Below, one piece after another: positions 1-7,489 of a stretch of DNA of 54,558 nucleotides; positions within the stretch are counted from its first letter, which is position 1; each line of letters begins with the position of its first letter. The notes under the pieces are model-generated. The model did not search any database, was not told the origin of the DNA, and was given only the letters and a program-made list of their open reading frames with translations. Location: the NCBI GenBank assembly GCA_964624685.1, contig CAZUYA010000005.1, forward strand, positions 1 through 54,558. Reading direction: 5' to 3'. A program made the position numbers and the translations under genes. This DNA is from an uncultured Ruminococcus sp. (GTDB lineage: Bacteria > Bacillota > Clostridia > Oscillospirales > CAG-272).

Positions 1-518
1 CCAGCAATTCCATTCTTGCTCAAAAGCAACAACTCGTCGCAGACTTGGCAGAGCAGATCAAGAATTCAGCCGCCGGTGTAGTCGTCAATTATCAGGGAAT
101 TACCGTGGATAAGGACACTGCCATGCGGAAAGCACTTCGTGAAGCAGGCGTGAAGTATGTTGTCATGAAGAATACCATGACCGGCAGAGCATGCGATATG
201 GTCGGTTACGGTGAAATGAAGCAATATCTGAACGGAATGACCGCAATCGCAATCAGCGAAAAGGATCCTGTCATTGCCGCAAAGGTTTTGAAAGAGTATG
301 CCGATAAGGTTGAGTCTTTCGAGATTCTTGCAGGTTATGTGGACGGTGCGGTCATCGACGCAAAAGTTGTGAATGAATTGGCGGAGATTCCGAACAAGGA
401 AACTCTGATTGCCAAATTCCTCGGTTCCATCCAGTCTCCTCTGTACAAGTTCGCTTATGCGATCAAAGCAGTGTGCGACAAGGACGGCAATGCGGAGGAA
501 GCACCTGCAGAAGCATAA
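1..518 (+). CDS. rplJ: 50S ribosomal protein L10; the 5' end runs off the window
   Basis: The frame is open from base 3 (SNSILAQKQQLVADLAEQIK...), so the TTG at 45 is internal. The sequence is L10-like and rplL follows 116 nt later, the canonical order. Confidence 0.9.
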   Translation, partial: SNSILAQKQQLVADLAEQIKNSAAGVVVNYQGITVDKDTAMRKALREAGVKYVVMKNTMTGRACDMVGYGEMKQYLNGMTAIAISEKDPVIAAKVLKEYADKVESFEILAGYVDGAVIDAKVVNELAEIPNKETLIAKFLGSIQSPLYKFAYAIKAVCDKDGNAEEAPAEA

Positions 519-634
519 TTTTGTTCTGCATCCGCTCTTCTTTTTATCAACGGTACCGATGACCGTTCCCAATCGGAAAATCATCGGATATAAAAATTAA
601 AATATTCATATTATTTTATTGGAGGGAAATGAAA

Positions 635-1012
635 ATGGCATCCGAAAAGATTACCAATATTCTCGAAGAGATTAAGTCTCTGACCATTCTGGAACTCAAC
701 GATCTGGTAAAGGCAGTTGAGGAAGAGTTCGGCGTATCCGCAGCAGCACCGGTTGGTGTAGCGGCAGTTGCAGGCGCAGCAGCACCCGCTGCAGAAGAAA
801 AGACCGAGTTCGACGTTATCCTTGCAAGCTTCGGCGCGAAGAAGCTGGACGTTATCAAGGTTGTACGTGAGCTGACCGGTCTCGGCTTGAAGGACGCAAA
901 AGACCTGGTTGAGGGCGCACCGAAGGCTGTTAAGGAAGGCGTTTCCAAGGATGAAGCAGAGAAGATTAAGGCTGCTTTGACCGAAGCAGGCGCAACCGTT
1001 GAAGTGAAATAA
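635..1012 (+). CDS. rplL: 50S ribosomal protein L7/L12
   Basis: [39 protein letters not shown]...[26 protein letters not shown] is typical L7/L12. GGAGGG at 621-626 lies 8 nt before ATG 635 but only 2 nt before the ORF-track ATG at 629. Confidence 0.95.
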   Translation: MASEKITNILEEIKSLTILELNDLVKAVEEEFGVSAAAPVGVAAVAGAAAPAAEEKTEFDVILASFGAKKLDVIKVVRELTGLGLKDAKDLVEGAPKAVKEGVSKDEAEKIKAALTEAGATVEVK

Positions 1013-1062
1013 TTCATCCGAAACGGGTTGATTTTCCAATCTGTCAAACGATAACCGAAAAA

Positions 1063-1094
1063 GGTCTGCCGTAAACATACGGCAGACCTTTTTT
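1063..1094. terminator. Rho-independent terminator between convergent rplL and the beta-helix gene
   Basis: GGTCTGCCGT (1063-1072), loop AAACAT, ACGGCAGACC (1079-1088), then TTTTTT. An A-run precedes it, so it could act on both strands. Confidence 0.85.
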
Positions 1095-1114
1095 CGATTC
1101 CGATATTCCGGTTG

Positions 1115-3151
1115 TTAGGGAAGTAACGTGACTTCGCGTTTTTCGGCGTTGATTAAAAGCGTATTCGGTTGACCGATTGTTGTGCCTTCATCTTTTCCGG
1201 TCAGTTTTTGCCATTCTTCCAGTGAAAGGTTGACGGTTTTTCCGTCTTGCGCAAAGGAACACAGGATCGGATCCTGTCCGCTGACATCCCAAATTTGATT
1301 TTGCGATGTTTGCAGGGAAAGGACAGAAGGATACGCACCGTTGCAAATGCAATGATAGATCGGCTTTCCGTCTGTGATGAGAACGTTGTTCTCCAATAAA
1401 ATGCCTGCATGTGCGTCTGTTCGTGTCAAGCAGATCAAATGTGTTCCGCCGAATGCGAATACATTATCTCGCACGGTGTTGTAAGCACCGTAATGTTGAT
1501 GGTAGCATTGGCTCTTGCAACGATACACGATGTTCTTTTCCACGGTGATAAAAGAGGAACCCTCGTCGGTATAAATGCCCCAACCGCCGTAGTGTGCGCT
1601 GTTTACATCGTGAATGAGGTTTCCTTCCACCACGGTTCCGTTTTGTTCGCCCAGCAGATAGATGGCACCCATATCGGACAGTTTTCCCATGCCGATGTGA
1701 TGGATGTGGTTGTTGCGAATGAGGTTGCCGTAGGTCGAAGATGGGAAATAGCCCCACACCCAACCGACGGAAATGCCCGTATAATCGGTGTAGCAGATTT
1801 CATTGTCACAAATTTCGTTATGGGAAGAATGGCAGAGCAGGATTCCGCAACCGGCGGCAAACCGTTTGCCGATATTACAAATGAGGTTCCCGTTGATTGT
1901 ACAATGTGCGGTTTCGGCTTCCTTCGGTTCTTCAACGGTGCGACCGAAAATCTTGATGCCGCCCCCGCCGAGGTTTTCCATTTTGCAGTGTTCAATGTGA
2001 ATATCCGAGCATCCGTGGTGAAGTTCCACGGCGTGTAATCCGACACAGGAGATGTTGCAATCGCTCAGCAAACAATCTTCGGCGTATTCAAATCGAACGG
2101 CACCGTAAGCGTCAAAAACCGATTGCGCATCTGCGGCATATCCGATTTCTCCCTCCTGCAAGGGAGAACCTGCCAAAAGGCTGGTACTGACGTAATCGCC
2201 TTTGGTACACAGAAAATCCAAATTGCGGAAACGAATGCCGGAAACTTTGTTGTCCGGTGTTCCTTTGATAATTGCCAATTGCGCTTGCGTCGGTGCATAA
2301 ATCTCCAAGTCGTCAATCGGAATCGACCAATCGGTGGGAATATAGTACAGCATTCCGTTTTTTACGTCCAAAAACCACTCGTTGGGGGAAGAGAAGGATT
2401 GAGAAATATTTTCCAGATAGTAGCACAGGTCAGCTGTGGAGTTGTGCTCGTAATTGGCTGACATTTGAAAACGGGAACGTAATTTCATGGTTAATTTTCC
2501 GGTCGTGCGGTCATAGCTTTCCACCGGAGAATGTTCGTCGATCCAGTAATGGTAAAAGGAAACGATGGCATGTTCCACCCCTTCGATGTCAGCCAAGTCT
2601 TCTTTTTCGGCAATGAACCAACGGGAACCGGTGCGAAAATCGGTCGGATTGGGGGTTTCGGTCGTGACTGCATGCAAGGTACCTTCCTTGGGGTAGCGGG
2701 AAAGTTCCGCGCGTGTTCCGTTGACGTAAAGGTCGCTGAACATCCAATTGCCGGATTGTACTTCCGGAATATGCAAGGAAATGCAAGGGGTTCCGTTGAA
2801 GGTATCTTTTCGGAATCCCGTTAAACGTTTTCCGCCGATAATTTTGGAACGTGTTGATCCATAGGATTCAAATGTGACATTGCGCATGGGATAACTTTTT
2901 GAAAAATGATCGTTGGCAAATTCAAAGCCGACACCGATCGGCGATTCCAAAAAATAGTCCCCCATAATTTTGACGGTGATGGGTTGCGTGACGCCGCAGG
3001 CGCGCATATTCCAAAGTAAGGTCAGTACGCGGTTCATGGTTTTGACGGGACCTGTGCCGCCGAATCCGACAGTGGAAGAAAATCCGCTGTAGTTGTCGTT
3101 GCCATCCGTTTGGGAAAGATAGATGGTAGAAGTATTGGTATAATCCAGCAT
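1115..3151 (-). CDS. Right-handed parallel beta-helix repeat protein (putative glycan hydrolase or lyase), no signal peptide
   Basis: Repeated beta-helix turns are visible: NHIHHIGMG, GNLIHDVNSAHYGGWGIYTDEGSS, KNIVYRC, DNVFAFGG, NNVLITDG. The start is re-called to MLDYTN (ATG 3151) because AAGGAG lies 8 nt upstream. Confidence 0.65.
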   Translation of the reverse strand: MLDYTNTSTIYLSQTDGNDNYSGFSSTVGFGGTGPVKTMNRVLTLLWNMRACGVTQPITVKIMGDYFLESPIGVGFEFANDHFSKSYPMRNVTFESYGSTRSKIIGGKRLTGFRKDTFNGTPCISLHIPEVQSGNWMFSDLYVNGTRAELSRYPKEGTLHAVTTETPNPTDFRTGSRWFIAEKEDLADIEGVEHAIVSFYHYWIDEHSPVESYDRTTGKLTMKLRSRFQMSANYEHNSTADLCYYLENISQSFSSPNEWFLDVKNGMLYYIPTDWSIPIDDLEIYAPTQAQLAIIKGTPDNKVSGIRFRNLDFLCTKGDYVSTSLLAGSPLQEGEIGYAADAQSVFDAYGAVRFEYAEDCLLSDCNISCVGLHAVELHHGCSDIHIEHCKMENLGGGGIKIFGRTVEEPKEAETAHCTINGNLICNIGKRFAAGCGILLCHSSHNEICDNEICYTDYTGISVGWVWGYFPSSTYGNLIRNNHIHHIGMGKLSDMGAIYLLGEQNGTVVEGNLIHDVNSAHYGGWGIYTDEGSSFITVEKNIVYRCKSQCYHQHYGAYNTVRDNVFAFGGTHLICLTRTDAHAGILLENNVLITDGKPIYHCICNGAYPSVLSLQTSQNQIWDVSGQDPILCSFAQDGKTVNLSLEEWQKLTGKDEGTTIGQPNTLLINAEKREVTLLP

Positions 3152-3206
3152 GATTGTATCTCCTTTTTTGATAGTTGTTTGAATTGATGGATGTACTTGT
3201 TCGCGG

Positions 3207-4109
3207 TTATCCGAAGAAGCCGAGCAACAGCGAGGCACTTGCAAGAAGCGCGGGCAAGAGTTTCGGACGTTCGCGAAGAGCAAACAGGACGATTGCTTCG
3301 GCGGACAGCAATTTCAGTGCGTTGGAGAGCGGTACGTACAACGTCAAATTCCCGTTTGCCAAAATCAAAACGCCCAGCAAAGAGGAAATGTTGGAGGCAA
3401 CGGTATTGCCCAGAATCATCAGATATTGGAGTGGCGAAACCGCGCGAATATTCGAAATGCATCCTTTGAAACGTCCGCGGTTTTTGACGAATAAACACAG
3501 AATCGCAAATGCGGTCACCAAGACGTTGGTGAAGAAGAACAGGGAGTTTTCGTTTGTTACCAAAGGGTCGATGGCGATGTACTTGGTGGCGACGGTGTTG
3601 AGTGTGCCGATGAGAATGATCCCGATGCAAAAGAGCAATCCGATGAGCGACAATCTTTTTTGCGTCTTTCCGTTGGAAGACGGGGTGTCATGCCCGGATT
3701 CAAAGAACAGCACCAGGATGGCGGCAAGCATCAGCAGGATGCGCAAGACCGAAAGAACCGTGAGTTTCTCATGAAACAGGAGTACGCCGGAGAGCGAGGA
3801 GAAGATTAGCGTTCCTCCGGTGGTTATGACGGCAACTTCCGCCACCCCCATGAATCGGTAGACGGGCAGTTCGGTAAAGTAAGAAGCAATTGCCAAAACG
3901 GCGATGAAGGCGGCGTATAAGATCGTTCGTTGATTGAGCGTGACGGAAAAGCCGGCGGTTGTCCAAAAGACCCCCATGGCAATTGCGCCGGTGACCAACG
4001 CATAGATCCAAATTCCGCTTCGTGTTTGCTCGGATCTGCCGTATTTTTGCATGGAAAAGGTGGACACGGCGCCGCAGAGAAAGATTCCCAGATAACAGAG
4101 AATTGTCAT
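3207..4109 (-). CDS. DMT-superfamily (EamA/RhaT-like) 10-TM permease
   Basis: A 300-aa protein with about 10 hydrophobic spans in a 5+5 layout. It lies directly upstream of the beta-helix gene and is divergent from an AraC regulator. Confidence 0.55.
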   Translation of the reverse strand: MTILCYLGIFLCGAVSTFSMQKYGRSEQTRSGIWIYALVTGAIAMGVFWTTAGFSVTLNQRTILYAAFIAVLAIASYFTELPVYRFMGVAEVAVITTGGTLIFSSLSGVLLFHEKLTVLSVLRILLMLAAILVLFFESGHDTPSSNGKTQKRLSLIGLLFCIGIILIGTLNTVATKYIAIDPLVTNENSLFFFTNVLVTAFAILCLFVKNRGRFKGCISNIRAVSPLQYLMILGNTVASNISSLLGVLILANGNLTLYVPLSNALKLLSAEAIVLFALRERPKLLPALLASASLLLGFFG

Positions 4110-4156
4110 ATATATTTGTCTTCGCCTCTTTTTTTATTTATTTTAGCATATTCCGC

Positions 4157-4185
4157 TTGATTTTGCAAGACAAAAGTGTTAAAAT
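4157..4185 (+). promoter_or_regulatory. Sigma-A type promoter for the AraC-family gene
   Basis: TTGATT (4157-4162), 17-nt spacer, TAAAAT (4180-4185), with a TGn extended -10. Confidence 0.6.
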
Positions 4186-4218
4186 ATATAGACAATATGA
4201 AACCTTGCGGAGAAGTTT

Positions 4219-5016
4219 ATGTATTTGTTCAATATCGACCATGCCAATTTTGAAACAAACTATTTTGAAGCGGCGCGTCACATTGATGTGAACTATCCGT
4301 TGCATTTGCACTATGCGATGGAGGTGGTTTGTGTCAAGCGCGGAACCGTTTTGATGCAGGTGGGGGAAGACGTTCGTTCGTTACATGCGGGGGAATGCAC
4401 GTTGATCTTGCCGTTGGAGGCGCATTCGTTTGAGACAGCGGAGTCGTCGGAGTGCTTTGTCATCGTTTTTTCCCCGGAGTGGGTTCCGGATGTGTACGAG
4501 CAGATCGGCAATTGTGTGCCGACCGTTCCGGTCTGCCGTTTGCCGGAGGAGATCTTTTTGTTGTGCGACAAAAGTTTACCGACCGAACCGCTTCGATTCG
4601 GCGATCTTCGCGCACGTGCATTGCTGTACCCGCTCACGGTGTCCCTTTTGGAGCGGTGCGCTTTTGTGCCGACCAAAAAATCTTGCACGGGAAAGGTCTT
4701 TTTGGAGGCTGTGCGCTATGTCGGTCGATATTTTCGCACGGAGGATATTTCATTGAATGTAACGGCAAAAAAGTTGGGAGTTCATCCCGTTTATTTAAGT
4801 CGGACGTTTCGAGAAAACGGCGGATTTTCCTATACGGGATATGTGAATGCCGTTCGCGTTTCCCATGCGGCGCGGCTGTTGGTGGAAACACCGGACAAGA
4901 CCGTTTCCGAGGCGGCGTATGAATCCGGATTCGGCAGCATTCGTCATTTTAATCGTGCATTCAAAGCATTGTACGGTACAACACCGACACAATTTTTGGA
5001 GAGGGAACGCTCTTGA
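4219..5016 (+). CDS. AraC family transcriptional regulator (cupin N-domain plus HTH)
   Basis: The C-terminal dual HTH reads ...VSEAAYESGFGSIRHFNRAFKALYGTTPTQF. The N-terminal half is cupin-like. Confidence 0.85.
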   Translation: MYLFNIDHANFETNYFEAARHIDVNYPLHLHYAMEVVCVKRGTVLMQVGEDVRSLHAGECTLILPLEAHSFETAESSECFVIVFSPEWVPDVYEQIGNCVPTVPVCRLPEEIFLLCDKSLPTEPLRFGDLRARALLYPLTVSLLERCAFVPTKKSCTGKVFLEAVRYVGRYFRTEDISLNVTAKKLGVHPVYLSRTFRENGGFSYTGYVNAVRVSHAARLLVETPDKTVSEAAYESGFGSIRHFNRAFKALYGTTPTQFLERERS

Positions 5017-5081
5017 AGCGTGGTGGATCGAAAAAACACAGCGCACTTGCCGTCAGGACAAGTGCGCTGTTTGCTGTGCTG

Positions 5082-6524
5082 TTATAGTTGCAGAAGGTCG
5101 CGGAACGGAGTGATGTAAGCTTGCGCTCGTTCGGCATCGGATGCTTCCGCAAAGATGCGCAATAACGGTTCCGTGCCGGAGAAGCGACAAATCACGAATG
5201 AATTGTCGGCAAAATAGACTTTACAGCCGTCCTCATAGTTGACGCGGACGATTTCGGCGGGGAAGTTCGGCAGACGCTTGTCCATCATTAACGTTTTTTG
5301 AATCTCCGACTTGCGTTCTGCGGGGAACGCGAGGTTGGCTTCCACCATTTCAAACCGTCCGAATCGTTTTTCCAATTCGGACAACAGCGCGGACGGAGAT
5401 CCCATGGCACATACCATTTCGATAAAGAGGGAAGCGGCATAGATGGAATCCTTCCCGTGAATGTGTCCACGCACGGTCAGTCCTCCGGAGGATTCCCCAC
5501 CGAGGATCGCATCGTAGCGGTCGATGCCGGCGGAAATATATTTGAATCCGATCGGAACTTCATAGCATCGTTCCCCGAACGATTCGGCAATGCGATCCAA
5601 CATGTGCGTTGTGGCAAGATTCCGAACCACGGGACCGTTCCATCCTTTGTGTGCGTGGAGGTAGTAGTACAAAAGGCAAAGAATTTCGTTGGCGTTGATG
5701 TATCGCCCGTTTTCATCTACCACACCCAATCGGTCACCATCACCGTCAAAGGCGATGCCGAGGTCGTAGTGACCGTCTACCACGCGGTTGCGTAAATCTT
5801 TCAGTCGGCTTTCCGTGGGGGCGGGAATCCCACCTCCGAAATAGGCGTCTTTGTTATCATTGATGAGATCGACGGTACAGCGTAATGATTGCAGGATCAC
5901 CACGAGCGGATAGGTACCGGAGCCGTGCATGGGATCAAACAGAATGCGGAGGGCGCGGCGTTTGATGACGTCTCGATTCAGTTTTTCCAAAATGTGATCG
6001 ATAAAATCGTTAAAAGGAGCATGGAGATAAGTGATCGCTCCTGTTTCTTCCCCGTGTTGGATCTCCATTGTGGGGATGGGTGAGGTGTCTTCGGCAATCA
6101 GTTGTTCCAAACGCGCGGTCGTTTCCACCGGCGCATCTCTTCCCTCATCCACGATCAATTTAATGCCGTTGTAGGAGGACGGATTGTGGCTGGCGGTGAT
6201 TTCCAATCCGTAATGCAACCCCAAATGTTGCACCAAAAACATAATGAGCGGTGTCGGTGTGCTGCGCTCGATCAAAATGACGTGAAATTGCAATGCGGTC
6301 ATGACTTCTGCAATCCAACGGGAGGCAACTTCGGACAAAAAGCGTCGATCGTATCCGATGACGATCGGACGTTCGGTTTTATGCTCTTCCTGCGCCAAAC
6401 GGCAAACGCCGCGCGCAACTTTTTGAATGTTGGATTTGATAAAATCATCGCCGATGATGCCTCGCCAGCCTCCTGTTCCGAAACAGATTGCAGACTCACT
6501 TTTTTGCAATTGTTTTGTATTCAT
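5082..6524 (-). CDS. Phosphoglucomutase/phosphomannomutase family protein (alpha-D-phosphohexomutase)
   Basis: Active-site loop TASHNPSSYNGIKL and metal loop FDGDGDRLG are both present. Confidence 0.9.
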   Translation of the reverse strand: MNTKQLQKSESAICFGTGGWRGIIGDDFIKSNIQKVARGVCRLAQEEHKTERPIVIGYDRRFLSEVASRWIAEVMTALQFHVILIERSTPTPLIMFLVQHLGLHYGLEITASHNPSSYNGIKLIVDEGRDAPVETTARLEQLIAEDTSPIPTMEIQHGEETGAITYLHAPFNDFIDHILEKLNRDVIKRRALRILFDPMHGSGTYPLVVILQSLRCTVDLINDNKDAYFGGGIPAPTESRLKDLRNRVVDGHYDLGIAFDGDGDRLGVVDENGRYINANEILCLLYYYLHAHKGWNGPVVRNLATTHMLDRIAESFGERCYEVPIGFKYISAGIDRYDAILGGESSGGLTVRGHIHGKDSIYAASLFIEMVCAMGSPSALLSELEKRFGRFEMVEANLAFPAERKSEIQKTLMMDKRLPNFPAEIVRVNYEDGCKVYFADNSFVICRFSGTEPLLRIFAEASDAERAQAYITPFRDLLQL

Positions 6525-6560
6525 GTTGAATGGTTCCTTTCTTGGATCAGATTCGTTTTC

Positions 6561-6589
6561 ATTATACCGAGTTTATCTTTGAATTTCAA
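6561..6589 (-). promoter_or_regulatory. Sigma-A type promoter for the phosphohexomutase gene
   Basis: On the minus strand: TTGAAA (6589-6584), 17 nt, TATAAT (6566-6561). Confidence 0.65.
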
Positions 6590-6652
6590 GACCGGAACCG
6601 AAAAAATGGCGAAATTGAAATAGGAAAGAGCGAAAATAAAAGATGTTTCGGT

Positions 6653-6701
6653 CAAAAAGAGCAAGCGGTTGCTCTTCCCATACGGGACAGAACAACCGCT
6701 T
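6653..6701 (-). terminator. Terminator region downstream of the tiny ORF
   Basis: Two alternative minus-strand hairpins are possible. One is AGAGCAA-CCGC-TTGCTCT followed by TTTT. The other pairs AAGCGGTTG with CAACCGCTT (9 bp). Confidence 0.55.
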
Positions 6702-6775
6702 TTTGATTGATTGTTTACGGCAAAGGTCGTTTTGCGGCAGAACATTCCGCGCAACGGCGGAACGGTATGCGTCGA

Positions 6776-6868
6776 TCAGCGACCGCAGCAACAGGTGAGC
6801 AGGATAACAGCGATGATAATGATCCAAACGATGTTATTATCAAACAGATTGCACAAACAGTTGTTCAT
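6776..6868 (-). CDS. Tiny Cys-rich single-TM protein (30 aa), absent from the ORF track
   Basis: MNNCLCNLFDNNIVWIIIIAVILLTCCCGR. GGAGG lies 7 nt upstream of the ATG and a terminator hairpin follows. I translated it by hand. Confidence 0.5.
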   Translation of the reverse strand: MNNCLCNLFDNNIVWIIIIAVILLTCCCGR

Positions 6869-6987
6869 AATAGTTCCTCCTGAAAGATGTGAAGGAGCCG
6901 ATAACTTTGCCCTTCTGCTATCATTTTATGACGGGAAAGGAAAAACGTGCATGAATCCTGTCGGATTGTGCCGAGCGATCGGATGTG

Positions 6988-7479
6988 TCACAGATAGGAA
7001 AATAACATTCGTTTGCTGTGCATATCCAAAGCCGTATAATCCGGAATTTCATATCGGTTGTCATTGCTGTCTCGAATGATCACACGCCCGGAAGCGCGCA
7101 TGTGTTTGATGTCACTGTGGCGATTTCGGATGCGAAACGTGACACATCCGCGATCGGTTTCCACCGTCCATTTCAGAGTTCCGAATTTTTCTTCGCTTTT
7201 GAGTAATGCCGTAATGCGCGGGATCATGTAATATTGAGCAAAACAGTCCTCCAAAGCCTGAACGGATTCCTCGTCCAACTCTTTGTAATCGCGGATCAAA
7301 GCAATCTCGCGTTCATTTTCATCCATCAATGTAATATACATGGTGGTATTGGAAAACGGGAAAAGACGGCGCGGTTCCAAATTTTCAATGCAAGATCCGT
7401 CTTTGAGTGTTAAGGAAACGCGATAAACATCGGTCTTTTTCAACCGTCCCGTATATCGATCTACGTAAATTCTACTCAT
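6988..7479 (-). CDS. DUF1854-like protein associated with an ABC transporter
   Basis: A 163-aa soluble protein 10 nt downstream of the ABC gene stop. GAGG lies 8 nt before ATG 7479. The family call comes from memory of the context and needs an HMM check. Confidence 0.5.
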   Translation of the reverse strand: MSRIYVDRYTGRLKKTDVYRVSLTLKDGSCIENLEPRRLFPFSNTTMYITLMDENEREIALIRDYKELDEESVQALEDCFAQYYMIPRITALLKSEEKFGTLKWTVETDRGCVTFRIRNRHSDIKHMRASGRVIIRDSNDNRYEIPDYTALDMHSKRMLFSYL

Positions 7480-7489
7480 TTTGGATACC

